This document shows, piece by piece, positions 51,551-61,546 of a DNA stretch of 64,000 nucleotides (positions are counted from its first letter, which is position 1; each line of letters opens with the position of its first letter). The notes under the pieces are model-generated. The model had not been told where the DNA came from. It saw only the letters and a list, made by a program, of their open reading frames with translations, and did not search any database. The position numbers were made by a program, and so were the translations under genes. This DNA is from Bacillota bacterium (GTDB taxonomy: Bacteria > Bacillota > Bacilli > Bacillales > Amphibacillaceae): positions 5,420 to 69,419 of the forward strand of contig JBNJFJ010000002.1 in assembly GCA_051746745.1 (NCBI GenBank), given 5' to 3'.

Positions 51551-52075
51551 TTACCGAACTAAATTAAAATCATCCAGTGGCCAGTAACGTAAAAACGCCC
51601 GACCCATTATTCTATCTTTTGGCACAAGGCCGATTGTTCGACTATCCGTCGAATTATTACGATTATCACCTAAAACGAGGTAGTAGCCCTCCGGTATTTG
51701 GTCATGACCAGGTTCGATATCACCAACTGTAAAATCATTGGTATATTCATTAGGATCCGTTATAAAATATTCATCCTTCTCTATACCATTAATGAACAAC
51801 TGATTATCTCTATATTCAATCGCCTCACCAGGCAAGCCAATGATCCGTTTTATATAGTCTTTTTGTTTCGTCGCACGAAAGACGACAATATCAAATCGCT
51901 CGGGTTCATCCATATAATATGATAACCGTTCCATCATTAAAAAGTCTTGGTTATGTAGGGTCGGTTCCATCGAATCTCCATCAATAGAAATGGGCATCAA
52001 TACAAATGTTCTTATTAGATAGACGGAAAAAACAATCACTAGTACCGTCATCAAATGACTCAATATTTTTCTCAT
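51551..52075 (-). CDS. lepB: Signal peptidase I
   Basis: GDSMEPTL, YIKRIIGLPG, GDNRNNSTDSR. Confidence 0.96.
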   Translation of the reverse strand: MRKILSHLMTVLVIVFSVYLIRTFVLMPISIDGDSMEPTLHNQDFLMMERLSYYMDEPERFDIVVFRATKQKDYIKRIIGLPGEAIEYRDNQLFINGIEKDEYFITDPNEYTNDFTVGDIEPGHDQIPEGYYLVLGDNRNNSTDSRTIGLVPKDRIMGRAFLRYWPLDDFNLVR

Positions 52076-52240
52076 TTTTCTCTCACTCCGCAAGTGACGA
52101 TTGAACGTCGACGTTTACTTTAGTGTATCAAATTTTTATCTATATATGGGGTTAGTTTCTAAGTTCTCATGAAATTCTCATGTCCATTTTTAGGGAGGGT
52201 GCTGTACACATGATTACCGTTTATCGTAATTTTAGCGTTG

Positions 52241-52274
52241 AAAAAAGGAGCTTGAAACTTCAAGCTCCTTTTTT
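52241..52274 (-). terminator. Terminator after rplS
   Basis: AAAAAAGGAGCTTGAA-ac-TTCAAGCTCCTTTTTT. Confidence 0.9.
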
Positions 52275-52291
52275 GATCGTTTCTCGTTAAA

Positions 52292-52633
52292 TTAGCGGAT
52301 TTCTTTAATACGCGCAGCTTTACCACGTAAGTTACGTAGGTAATAAAGTTTCGCACGACGTACTTTACCGCGACGCATAACTTCAATCTTATCGACACGT
52401 GGTGAATGTACTGGGAAAGTACGTTCAACACCAACACCATAAGAAATTTTACGCACAGTGAAAGTTTCACTAATGCCGCCGTTTTGACGTTTAATAACGA
52501 CACCTTCATAAACCTGGATACGTTCACGAGTACCTTCGACTACTTTCACGTGTACCTTAACCGTATCACCAGCTTTGAATACTGGGCGATCCTTAAGTTG
52601 TTCTTTTGTAATGTCTGCAATTAATTGTTGCAT
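52292..52633 (-). CDS. rplS: 50S ribosomal protein L19
   Basis: [29 protein letters not shown]; start ATG 52633. Confidence 0.98.
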   Translation of the reverse strand: MQQLIADITKEQLKDRPVFKAGDTVKVHVKVVEGTRERIQVYEGVVIKRQNGGISETFTVRKISYGVGVERTFPVHSPRVDKIEVMRRGKVRRAKLYYLRNLRGKAARIKEIR

Positions 52634-52656
52634 GTGTATACACTCCTTCTCCACTC

Positions 52657-52694
52657 ATGTTCATATAAGAGGAATTCTTACAGCGGAACATCGT
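52657..52694 (-). ncRNA. L19 leader RNA
   Basis: Minus strand ACGAUGUUCCGCUG-UAAGA...UCUUA-UAUGAACAU, the characteristic L19-leader pattern. Confidence 0.8.
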
Positions 52695-52727
52695 TTTCAC
52701 TTAAGCTTTCACTCAAGTCCAACAGTT

Positions 52728-52756
52728 ACTATATCATAATCGCACCTTAAAAACAA
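52728..52756 (-). promoter_or_regulatory. SigA promoter of rplS
   Basis: TTGTTT-N17-TATAGT with extended TG. Confidence 0.65.
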
Positions 52757-52761
52757 GGTGT

Positions 52762-53538
52762 TTAGTCTGTTTTATTGGTTTTTTCTTTAGTATTTTGTTT
52801 AGTTTCTTCTTCAGCTTTTACTTCTTGAAGTAACGTCTCCTCAAGCTTCGATAATGGGTACGTAGCAAATAAGTCTGGCCTACGGACATACGTGCGTCTC
52901 AGTGACTCTTTTTTACGCCATGACTCAATCTTTCCGTGATGTCCTGAACGAAGAACCTCTGGTACCTCATAGCCGTTAAATTCGGCCGGACGGGTGTAGT
53001 GAGGGTGTTCGAGTAATCCGGTTGAAAAAGAATCTTCTTTCGCCGAGGCCTCGTTTCCAAGTCCGTCAGGTAATAGTCTCACGACACTATCAATCACGAC
53101 CATTGCACCAAGCTCACCACCGGTTAAAACGAAATCACCAATGGAAATTTCATCTGTCACAAGGTGCTGTCTAATTCTTTCATCATACCCCTCATAATGG
53201 CCACAAATAAAAATCAAATGATCTTCTTCGGCTAATTCTTCTGCCTTTTGTTGTGTGTAGCGTTCACCTTGTGGACACATAAGAATCACACGCGGAGGTT
53301 TGGCTTCACTTTTTTCAATAGCTTCAACGGCACGAAAGATAGGCTGCGGCATTAGCACCATGCCTGCACCACCACCATAAGGATAATCATCCACTTTATT
53401 GTGCTTGTTGTCAGCATAGTCTCTAAAGTCAATGGCGTTGTAGCGGAACACACCATTGTCTTGCGCTTTTTTCATAATCGATGATTGTAAGACACCATCG
53501 AACATATCCGGAAATAGCGTTAAAATATCAATCTTCAT
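52762..53538 (-). CDS. trmD: tRNA (guanine37-N1)-methyltransferase
   Basis: [43 protein letters not shown]. Confidence 0.98.
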   Translation of the reverse strand: MKIDILTLFPDMFDGVLQSSIMKKAQDNGVFRYNAIDFRDYADNKHNKVDDYPYGGGAGMVLMPQPIFRAVEAIEKSEAKPPRVILMCPQGERYTQQKAEELAEEDHLIFICGHYEGYDERIRQHLVTDEISIGDFVLTGGELGAMVVIDSVVRLLPDGLGNEASAKEDSFSTGLLEHPHYTRPAEFNGYEVPEVLRSGHHGKIESWRKKESLRRTYVRRPDLFATYPLSKLEETLLQEVKAEEETKQNTKEKTNKTD

Positions 53539-54052
53539 CCGGCAACAAACCTTCCATCGGTTCAATCGTGACCTGTTTATGATCGATGTCAACGTCTGTT
53601 ACAACGTCTTCAATATACGGAATTAAAAGATCTTTCTTGCCTGTTTGTTTAACAACCCAAACATCGTTCGCACCGGGGGATAAAATTTCTTTAATCTCAC
53701 CGAGAACTCGTCCATATGTCGTTTTCACTTCACAACCTAAAATTTCATGGTAATAATAAGCATCGTCTTCAAGGGGCGTTTGATAGGCTTCTGTTATTTT
53801 AAGCATGCCTTCTTTAAATGGTTCAACATCATTAATATTACTGTATTCTTCAAATAAGACCATATCAAAGCCTTTATGTTGACGATGCGTTTTGATTGTA
53901 ACGATTTCCGGCTCGTTGCTCCCTTTTTTAAACAAGAATAAGCGCTGGCCAGGCGTAAAGCGATCATCAAAGTCGGTAATTCTTACGACTTTCACTTCCC
54001 CTTTAATCCCGTGCGTATTCACAATTTTACCAACATTAAAATATGTTGTCAT
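53528..54052 (-). CDS. rimM: Ribosome maturation factor RimM
   Basis: [25 protein letters not shown]. Confidence 0.97.
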   Translation of the reverse strand: MTTYFNVGKIVNTHGIKGEVKVVRITDFDDRFTPGQRLFLFKKGSNEPEIVTIKTHRQHKGFDMVLFEEYSNINDVEPFKEGMLKITEAYQTPLEDDAYYYHEILGCEVKTTYGRVLGEIKEILSPGANDVWVVKQTGKKDLLIPYIEDVVTDVDIDHKQVTIEPMEGLLPDED

Positions 54053-54198
54053 GACTTCACCTCGTAAATTTATTTTTTCATCTCAAGGACAACAAAATGA
54101 ATCGTCATTCAGATAAAAAAACAAATCTTTTCTCTACTGTCTTTTCTTTACTTCCTTCATCACTTCATCACTTTTATATATAAAGCCACATGATGCAG

Positions 54199-54230
54199 AA
54201 AACAGGGAAAGGTTGCCCTTTTCCCTGTTC
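54199..54230 (-). terminator. Terminator after khpA
   Basis: AACAGGGAAAGG...CCTTTTCCCTGTT hairpin with T-run on the minus strand. Confidence 0.75.
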
Positions 54231-54457
54231 TACATGATGTCTAGATAAATACGTTTTTTAGTATCCGTTCCAGCTGCATAAACAATCGTACGAATTGATT
54301 TAGCAATACGACCATTCTTCCCGATCACCTTACCAACATCCGTTTCATTGACCGTGAGATGAAACACAAGCTTGTTGTGCTCTTCTTTTGTGTCAACGCG
54401 AATATCTTCTGGATGATCGACAAGTGGTGTTACGATTGATGTTATCAAGGCTTCCAT
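54230..54457 (-). CDS. khpA: KH-domain RNA-binding protein KhpA (YlqC)
   Basis: DVGKVIGKNGRIAKSIRT; follows rpsP. Confidence 0.95.
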   Translation of the reverse strand: MEALITSIVTPLVDHPEDIRVDTKEEHNKLVFHLTVNETDVGKVIGKNGRIAKSIRTIVYAAGTDTKKRIYLDIM

Positions 54458-54471
54458 GTGATCACACTACC

Positions 54472-54744
54472 TTATTTTTGGTTTTTTGAGTCGTGGAATT
54501 TTTTCATGATGCCTTCTTTAGAGAATAAATTGCGAACAGTGTCTGATGGTTTTGCACCATTAGCCATCCAGTTCATTGCTTTTTCTTCATCTAATTTCAC
54601 TTCAACCGGGTTTGCTACCGGATTGTATGTGCCGATTTGTTCGATGATACGTCCATCACGTGGCGCACGCGCATCTGCAACTACTACACGATAAAATGGA
54701 TTACGCTTTGAACCCATACGCTTTAAACGAATTTTTACTGCCAT
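54472..54744 (-). CDS. rpsP: 30S ribosomal protein S16
   Basis: [24 protein letters not shown]. Confidence 0.99.
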   Translation of the reverse strand: MAVKIRLKRMGSKRNPFYRVVVADARAPRDGRIIEQIGTYNPVANPVEVKLDEEKAMNWMANGAKPSDTVRNLFSKEGIMKKFHDSKNQK

Positions 54745-54784
54745 GTTTTTGCACCTCCATTAAAAATGTTTTTCACAAGTTTAG

Positions 54785-54813
54785 ATTCTATCAGATTGTT
54801 TGACGTCTGTAAA
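54785..54813 (-). promoter_or_regulatory. SigA promoter of rpsP
   Basis: TTTACA-N17-TAGAAT with extended TG. Confidence 0.75.
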
Positions 54814-54829
54814 GTGTTTTTACATTACA
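54808..54829. repeat. 22-bp semi-palindromic element, copy B (overlaps ffh stop and rpsP -35)
   Basis: TGTAAAG-TGTTTTTA-CATTACA; 19/22 identical to the reverse complement of 56525-56546. Confidence 0.6.
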
Positions 54830-56177
54830 TAAACGGAAAATTAGGTCCTTTTTTCTTTTTACCCTTTTTACCGCCTTGCATACCAGACATTTGTTTCATC
54901 ATTTTTTTCATCTCATCAAATTGTTTTAACAGACGATTAACTTCAGAAATTGGGCGTCCAGACCCCTTCGCAATCCGTTTCTTTCGACTAGCATTCATAA
55001 GACCTGGGTCTTGTCGTTCTTTCTTGGTCATAGACTGAATAATCGCTTCAACATGCACCAATTGTTTGTCATCAATTTGAACATTTTTTAACCCTTTCAT
55101 CTTGTTTGCTCCAGGCAACATACCTAAGATCTCATCAAGTGGCCCCATGCTTTTTACTTGATCCATTTGATCAAGAAAATCATCGAACGTGAAACTCGCC
55201 GAACGCATTTTTTGTTCCAACTCTTTTGCTTTCTTTTCATCAATGTTGTCTTGCGCTTTTTCAATCAGGGATAACACATCACCCATACCTAAAATACGTG
55301 AGGCCATCCGCTCAGGGTGAAAGGCTTCTAGTTCATCAAGCTTCTCGCCCATACCTGCGAATTTAATCGGCTTATTGGTCACAGCGCGAATCGATAACGC
55401 TGCCCCACCACGCGTATCACCGTCGAGTTTCGTCAAGACAACACCTGTAATATCAAGGGTTTGATCAAATGTTTCAGCCACATTTACCGCATCTTGACCT
55501 GTCATCGCATCGACGACTAAGAAGATCTCATCCGGATTAATATTCGCTTTAATTTGAGTCAGTTCATCCATTAAGTTATCATCAACATGTAATCGACCTG
55601 CTGTATCGACAATCACATAATCTAAATGCTCTTGTTTCGCATGTTCAATCGCTTCATTGGCAATATCAACTGGATTCTTTTCTGTGCCTTGGCTAAAGAC
55701 CGAGATCCCAAGCTGCTTACCGACCGTTTCTAATTGATCGACCGCCGCTGGACGGTACACGTCACAAGCGACGAGTAATGGCTTACGGTTATGTTTTTTA
55801 CGCAACAAATTCGCCAGTTTACCAGAGGTGGTTGTTTTACCCGCCCCCTGTAAACCGACCATCATAATCACTGTTGGCGGGCGTTCACTGACCGCAATTT
55901 TACTCTGTTCCCCGCCCATTAGCGCGGTTAATTCTTCTTTAACAATTTTAATGACTTGTTGGCCAGGCGTTAAACTTTCCATTACCTCCACACCAACAGC
56001 CCGTTCTTTAATTTTCTTCACAAAATCTTTAACAACTTTAAAGTTAACATCCGCTTCCAAGAGTGCTAAACGGACCTCACGGGCCATTTCTTTGACATCT
56101 TGTTCGGACACTTTCCCTTTACCGGTCATTTTTTTAATCGTACTTTGCAGACGATCTGCTAAGCCTTCAAATGCCAT
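54825..56177 (-). CDS. ffh: Signal recognition particle protein Ffh
   Basis: GLQGAGKTTT, DTAGRL, TKLDGD, Met-rich M domain. Confidence 0.99.
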   Translation of the reverse strand: MAFEGLADRLQSTIKKMTGKGKVSEQDVKEMAREVRLALLEADVNFKVVKDFVKKIKERAVGVEVMESLTPGQQVIKIVKEELTALMGGEQSKIAVSERPPTVIMMVGLQGAGKTTTSGKLANLLRKKHNRKPLLVACDVYRPAAVDQLETVGKQLGISVFSQGTEKNPVDIANEAIEHAKQEHLDYVIVDTAGRLHVDDNLMDELTQIKANINPDEIFLVVDAMTGQDAVNVAETFDQTLDITGVVLTKLDGDTRGGAALSIRAVTNKPIKFAGMGEKLDELEAFHPERMASRILGMGDVLSLIEKAQDNIDEKKAKELEQKMRSASFTFDDFLDQMDQVKSMGPLDEILGMLPGANKMKGLKNVQIDDKQLVHVEAIIQSMTKKERQDPGLMNASRKKRIAKGSGRPISEVNRLLKQFDEMKKMMKQMSGMQGGKKGKKKKGPNFPFM

Positions 56178-56190
56178 AGAGAAATCCCTC

Positions 56191-56511
56191 CTAATCCAAT
56201 TCTTTTAGCGCGTTAATATCTCTCAATAACGCCTCATCTGTCACTTTTTCTTCAAGTGTTCGAATAAGTGCTTGCCGTTTCAGAAACCTTTCGTATAATT
56301 TCAAGCGTTCTTCATACGATTCAAGCATCTTTTCTGTTCGCTTAATATTATCATAGACAGCCTGCCTTGACACATCAAAGGTATCAGAAATTTCTCCTAA
56401 GGAGTAATCTTCTAAATAATACAGTTCCATATAGCTCCGCTGTTTCGGCGTTAAGAGTGCTTGATAAAAATCTAATAAGAAATTTACTCGCGTTGTCTTC
56501 TCTAACATCAT
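56191..56511 (-). CDS. ylxM: YlxM (UPF0122) helix-turn-helix protein
   Basis: [23 protein letters not shown]...[12 protein letters not shown]; directly upstream of ffh. Confidence 0.95.
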   Translation of the reverse strand: MMLEKTTRVNFLLDFYQALLTPKQRSYMELYYLEDYSLGEISDTFDVSRQAVYDNIKRTEKMLESYEERLKLYERFLKRQALIRTLEEKVTDEALLRDINALKELD

Positions 56512-56524
56512 CTCGATCACTCCT

Positions 56525-56546
56525 TGTTAAGTAAAAAAACTTTACA
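56525..56546. repeat. 22-bp semi-palindromic element, copy A (about +1 to +22 of the ylxM-ffh transcript)
   Basis: TGTTAAG-TAAAAAAA-CTTTACA. Confidence 0.6.
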
Positions 56547-56552
56547 TTAAGC

Positions 56553-56581
56553 ATACTAGACGATTACACGTTGTCCGTCAA
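56553..56581 (-). promoter_or_regulatory. SigA promoter of ylxM-ffh
   Basis: TTGACG-N17-TAGTAT. Confidence 0.7.
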
Positions 56582-56584
56582 GCG

Positions 56585-57577
56585 TTACTCCTCTGTTAAC
56601 ATATCACTAAACAGACCGTAAACAAACGCTTGGGGATCAAACGGTTCGAGATCAGTCATCTTCTCACCTAAACCAACATACTTCACCGGAATATTTAATT
56701 CTTTTCTAATCGCAAGCACAATACCACCTTTGGCGGTACCATCTAATTTTGTTAAGATAATCCCGGTCACATCTGTTGCTTGTTGGAATTGCTTCGCTTG
56801 AATCAGCGCATTCTGTCCCGTCGTCGCATCTAAGACAAGGAGGACATCGTGCGGGGCACCCGGAATTTCTCTCTCGATAACGCGCTTGACTTTACTAAGC
56901 TCATTCATTAAGTTCACTTTATTTTGTAAGCGTCCAGCCGTATCACAAAGCAGCACGTCAGCCCCGCGTGATTTTGCTGCTTGGATGCCGTCATACATCA
57001 CGGCTGCTGGGTCACTGCCTTCACTTTGTTTAATCACCTCAACACCTACACGCTCTCCCCAGACCGATAGTTGTTGAATCGCGCCAGCTCTAAACGTATC
57101 ACCTGCGACAAGTAAGACTTTTTTTCCTTCTTGAGACAGTTGATACGCTAATTTACCTATCGACGTCGTTTTCCCTACGCCATTAACCCCAACAAACAGA
57201 ATCACACTGAGGTCATTTTCTTGCAGATTAAGTGGTGACGCCACTTCAAAATCGTCACCCGCATAGATCTCAACTAATTTTTCTGAAATCACATCTCTTA
57301 ACTCACGTGCATCTTTAATATTTTGACGTTTGGCTTCCATTTCTAAATCTTCGACAAGCGTCATCACTGTATTGACACCGACATCCGCTGAAATCAAAAT
57401 TTCTTCTAAGTCTTCGAAAAATTCTTCATCAACTTTACGGTACCTAGCGACAAGGTCATTGAGTTTAGACGAGAACGATTGTCTCGTTTTTGACAGACCT
57501 TCTTTATACTTGTCTGATACTTCTTCTGTTTCTTTTGTTTGAGTAAACTTATCTTTTAATTTATTTAAAAAGCTCAT
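56585..57577 (-). CDS. ftsY: SRP receptor FtsY
   Basis: GVNGVGKTTS, DTAGRLQNK, TKLDGTAKGG. Confidence 0.98.
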   Translation of the reverse strand: MSFLNKLKDKFTQTKETEEVSDKYKEGLSKTRQSFSSKLNDLVARYRKVDEEFFEDLEEILISADVGVNTVMTLVEDLEMEAKRQNIKDARELRDVISEKLVEIYAGDDFEVASPLNLQENDLSVILFVGVNGVGKTTSIGKLAYQLSQEGKKVLLVAGDTFRAGAIQQLSVWGERVGVEVIKQSEGSDPAAVMYDGIQAAKSRGADVLLCDTAGRLQNKVNLMNELSKVKRVIEREIPGAPHDVLLVLDATTGQNALIQAKQFQQATDVTGIILTKLDGTAKGGIVLAIRKELNIPVKYVGLGEKMTDLEPFDPQAFVYGLFSDMLTEE

Positions 57578-57592
57578 TTTTCTCCTTCTTTC

Positions 57593-60500
57593 TTATGCTT
57601 CATTTAAAATTGCGGCAGTTTCTTCTAATTTCACTGAGACAAAGCGAGAAACACCTGACTCTTGCATTGTTACCCCGTATAAGACGTCTGCGCCTTCCAT
57701 TGTGCCTTTTCTGTGGGTAATGACAATGAACTGTGTCTCTTGACTATAATCCTTCAGGTAACGGCTAAAACGCTCGACATTAGCTTCATCAAGTGCTGCT
57801 TCTACTTCATCAAGTACACAAAACGGTACCGGCCTCACACGTAAAATACTAAAGAGCAGCGCAATCGCCGTTAAGGCGCGTTCACCACCTGAGAGTAACG
57901 CTAATTGTTGCGCTTTTTTACCGGGCGGTTGAGCTTTAATTTCAACCCCTGTTTCGAGTAAATCGTCCGGATTAGTCAGTTTAAGTTCCGCATGTCCACC
58001 ACCAAATAATTGATGGAAGACTTCGCTAAAGGCCACTTTAATTTGGCTAAACGTTTCTTCAAAGCGCTTCTCCATCTCGGTATCCATTTCAAAAATGACA
58101 TCGTATAACGTTTCTTTTGCTTCTAGTAAATCTTGTTCTTGGTTTGTTAAAAATTCAAACCGTTCATTAATACGATCATACTCGTCAATCGCACCAAGAT
58201 TAACAACACCTAATTCATCGATGTCACGCTTTAACAATTTAACTTTTGTCTGATCATCGGCGAGAGTGTCTGTTTTTTCTGTTTCTGTTCTGAGCCGTTC
58301 AAAACTCATCTCATAAGTTTCTTGAAGATAATTCAAGCGGTTTTCTAATTCTACATCTAAACGATTAACTTTAACCTCTAAACGGTTTTGTTCTTCCTTT
58401 TTGGCTGTGAGCTGATTGCGTTCCGTTTTCAACTCAGCTTCTTTTGTTTCAAGTGTCGTTTGTAAGTTTAACCGTTGTTCCCTTTTTTGTTGTATCGTTC
58501 GTAACAACGTCGCTTTTTCTGTTTCTAATGACTTCAACGTTTCATCCAGTTGTTCTTTCTGTCGTTCATGTTTCTCTTCATCTTGGTGTATTGTTTCAGC
58601 ATCCGACAATTGTTGGAACGCTTCTGTTAATTCCTGTTCTCTCGTCTTTGCGGCTGTTAATTTTTCAAGCTGATATTCAAGCGTCTTCATCTGTTCCGCG
58701 TAATCAATATTAAGTTGTTGCAACTGTTGGTCATATGTTTTCTTATACGTTTCATGATGCTCTTTTTCTTTTTCTAACTGATCGATAGCCGCTTTTAGTG
58801 AATCAATCTGCGTTTTTGTTTCAGCTAGCTTTTGTTCTGACTGTTTTTGTTCATTTTTCAACTGGATTTGATCATCATTAAACGTTTGAAGCAAACGCGC
58901 ATTGTAGCGATAACTTTCTTCTAAGTGCTTTAACTCAAGCACTTTTGCTTTACGTTCATCCTCTAATTCAGCAAACTGTGCCTTTTCTGTTATCAGCGTT
59001 TCTTCTAAAGCTTGATCGTCTTCTTTTAACGCTTGATAGGCCTGTTCTTTTGCTTTAATTGAGTCACTATAAGCTTCCGTACGCGTGATGAACGCTTCTA
59101 GTTTTTCTGTCACTTGTTTTAACTCAGACTCTCGCGAAAATAAAGACGACTGTTGGCGTTTCATTGCGCCACCTGTCATAGAACCGCCTGGGTTAACCAA
59201 GTCACCTTCAAGCGTCACTACTCGGTACTTCCTGTCAACAGTTTTAGCAATCTGATTCGCATCTTGTAACGTTTTTGCAATCAAGGTTTGTCCAAGGAGA
59301 TATTGAACGACCGGTTGATAAGAATCACTCGTATGAATAACGTCACTCGCAACAGCGATAAAACCAGGTTCTGTCGTTAACCGCTCTTGGTACGTCCGCG
59401 GCAACACACGTGGTTTGATTGACGTGAGTGGATAAAATGTCGCCCGACCTTGATTATGACTCTTTAAGTAACCAATCGCGTCGCGCGCCGCTTTCTCGTC
59501 TGTTACAACCACGTGTTGTGATTGTGCACTCATCGCTGACTCCATTGCCATTTGGTACTCGCGCGGGACATCAATCAGTTCAATTACAGCCCCGTGTACA
59601 CCAGATAACGCTTTGGCATCACGCGCTTTAAGCACAGCTTTTACGCCTTGATAAAAACCTTGGAAACTTTCTTTTAGTTCTTCTAACATATCCTTTTTTG
59701 ATTCTAATTGATCAATTTGACGTTCGGCATGGCGACGCTTATCATACATGGTTTGGAGTTGTTTCGCTTCTTCTTCTTCCTTCGCCTTTAAGTCGCGCAA
59801 CGCTTCTTTCTTCTGTTCAATTGCTTCAGTACGTGTAGTGGTTTCTTTTGTAACACTTTCCACTTCTTCACGAAGCGCCAGACAAGCTGATTTTTTATCG
59901 TTGACCTGAGCTTTAAAGTCCGACTCTTTATGAGACAAATTATGATATTCTTTTTCATACGAGTCGCGCGCATGTTTGAGTCGCGCTTCTTCATTCAAAA
60001 GTTCGATATAATCACTTTTCTTATCAGCTAATTGCCGGTCAAGGTCATCGACAGACACCGCGAGTTTTTCCTTGATCTCAGTCATCTTTTGTTTTAGCTC
60101 ACGGGTGGTTGCCTGCACTTGTCTATAGGTTGACTCAAGTGCTTGTCTCGTTTGTGTTTCATCATCAAGTGCCTGTTTCGTTTTGTCTTTATCTGCGACG
60201 ATTTTTTCAAGCGACGCTTTTTTATGATGTTCACGTTCTAATAACAGTTTCTGTTCCCCTGACTGTTTTTCTAGCGTTTCTGTCACTTCAAGTAACGTCG
60301 CTTGGAGAGCTTGTACTTCCTTGTCAAGCTCATCAATTTGATGATGAATGTGATCATTCCTCTGTTCTTTCTGATCCAAGTCGAGTTGGTTTTGAATCAC
60401 TTGGTCTTTAAGTTGTTCAATTTGTGCAAGTTGTGCACGCCACTCAGTATGCATGTGATCAATTTCTGTATAAAGGACCCTTTTTTCAATCGTTGTGAGC

Positions 60501-61162
60501 GCCTCTTTCTTCGCTAAGTAGTCTTTTGCGACGGTCGCTTGTTCTAAAAGCGGCTCACGTTGTTGGTCAATTTCATGAAGAATATCTTCAACCCGGTTTA
60601 AGTTTTCTTCTGTTTCAACGAGTTTAAACTCGGCTTTTTTCTTCCGCTGTTTATACTTTAATACCCCGGCCGCTTCTTCAAAGATCACCCGACGCTCTTC
60701 TGCCTTTGAACTCAAGATTTCTTCTACTTTTCCCTGACTAATAATCGAGAAAGCTTCGCGTCCTAAGCCAGAGTCTAAAAATAAATCGACGATATCTTTC
60801 AGCCTGCAAGCCTCTTTGTTTATGTAAAATTCACTTTCACCTGAGCGATAAACCCGGCGTGTCACACTTATTTCATTGTAATCGAGTGGCAATGCACCTG
60901 AACGGTTATCGAGTGTTAAGGTTACCTCAGCCATATTAAGTGGCTTACGTGTGTCACTGCCTTGAAAAATAATGTCTTCCATTTTCGTTCCACGTAATGA
61001 TTTTGCTGATTGTTCTCCTAGCACCCAGCGAATCGCATCGGTTACGTTGCTTTTCCCGCTACCATTCGGCCCAACAACGGCGGTCACGCCTGGGACAAAA
61101 TCAACATGAATCTTTTCGGCAAAGGATTTAAATCCCACCGATTCTAATTTTTTTAAATGCAT
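57593..61162 (-). CDS. smc: Chromosome segregation protein SMC
   Basis: GPNGSGKSN Walker A, hinge, LSGGE signature, LDEVEAALD; start ATG 61162. Confidence 0.98.
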   Translation of the reverse strand: MHLKKLESVGFKSFAEKIHVDFVPGVTAVVGPNGSGKSNVTDAIRWVLGEQSAKSLRGTKMEDIIFQGSDTRKPLNMAEVTLTLDNRSGALPLDYNEISVTRRVYRSGESEFYINKEACRLKDIVDLFLDSGLGREAFSIISQGKVEEILSSKAEERRVIFEEAAGVLKYKQRKKKAEFKLVETEENLNRVEDILHEIDQQREPLLEQATVAKDYLAKKEALTTIEKRVLYTEIDHMHTEWRAQLAQIEQLKDQVIQNQLDLDQKEQRNDHIHHQIDELDKEVQALQATLLEVTETLEKQSGEQKLLLEREHHKKASLEKIVADKDKTKQALDDETQTRQALESTYRQVQATTRELKQKMTEIKEKLAVSVDDLDRQLADKKSDYIELLNEEARLKHARDSYEKEYHNLSHKESDFKAQVNDKKSACLALREEVESVTKETTTRTEAIEQKKEALRDLKAKEEEEAKQLQTMYDKRRHAERQIDQLESKKDMLEELKESFQGFYQGVKAVLKARDAKALSGVHGAVIELIDVPREYQMAMESAMSAQSQHVVVTDEKAARDAIGYLKSHNQGRATFYPLTSIKPRVLPRTYQERLTTEPGFIAVASDVIHTSDSYQPVVQYLLGQTLIAKTLQDANQIAKTVDRKYRVVTLEGDLVNPGGSMTGGAMKRQQSSLFSRESELKQVTEKLEAFITRTEAYSDSIKAKEQAYQALKEDDQALEETLITEKAQFAELEDERKAKVLELKHLEESYRYNARLLQTFNDDQIQLKNEQKQSEQKLAETKTQIDSLKAAIDQLEKEKEHHETYKKTYDQQLQQLNIDYAEQMKTLEYQLEKLTAAKTREQELTEAFQQLSDAETIHQDEEKHERQKEQLDETLKSLETEKATLLRTIQQKREQRLNLQTTLETKEAELKTERNQLTAKKEEQNRLEVKVNRLDVELENRLNYLQETYEMSFERLRTETEKTDTLADDQTKVKLLKRDIDELGVVNLGAIDEYDRINERFEFLTNQEQDLLEAKETLYDVIFEMDTEMEKRFEETFSQIKVAFSEVFHQLFGGGHAELKLTNPDDLLETGVEIKAQPPGKKAQQLALLSGGERALTAIALLFSILRVRPVPFCVLDEVEAALDEANVERFSRYLKDYSQETQFIVITHRKGTMEGADVLYGVTMQESGVSRFVSVKLEETAAILNEA

Positions 61163-61229
61163 AGTGTCGTCACCTTTTCTAATTAAACCAAAGAGTTTCA
61201 AAACTCCTTGTTTCTTTTTCGCCGACTTT

Positions 61230-61238
61230 ATTTTATCA
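61230..61238 (-). promoter_or_regulatory. Extended -10 promoter for smc-ftsY
   Basis: TGATAAAAT on the minus strand, about 70 bp upstream of smc. Confidence 0.5.
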
Positions 61239-61284
61239 TAGATTAAGGAGAGTTAGAAGATGAGATGTAAGGGGGGATAAACAA

Positions 61285-61494
61285 ATGTCAACGAATCAAA
61301 CACTCGCGTCATTACTCGAAACATTACAAGCCAGGTTAAATGTTGTGAATGAGGGATTATTTAATCCAGAGGATTTTGATCCGGAAAAAATCGATGACTT
61401 AGCCGCACTCGTTCAATTTATCAAGTCCCGCTCGCATTTATCTTTACAAGAAAACGAAGCCGTTATTGCTGAATTAAAAACAATACGCAAATAA
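61285..61494 (+). CDS. DUF1128 (UPF0435/YfkK-like) small protein
   Basis: 69 aa with G-rich SD; RLNVVN...EAVIAELKTIRK; followed by a bidirectional terminator. Confidence 0.85.
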   Translation: MSTNQTLASLLETLQARLNVVNEGLFNPEDFDPEKIDDLAALVQFIKSRSHLSLQENEAVIAELKTIRK

Positions 61495-61540
61495 AACATC
61501 GCTTGAATCTTTGTCATAACAGGGATTCAAGCGATGTTTT
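61493..61540. terminator. Bidirectional terminator between the DUF1128 gene and rnc
   Basis: AAAACATCGCTTGAATC...GATTCAAGCGATGTTTT long stem. Confidence 0.9.
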
Positions 61541-61546
61541 TTGTAA

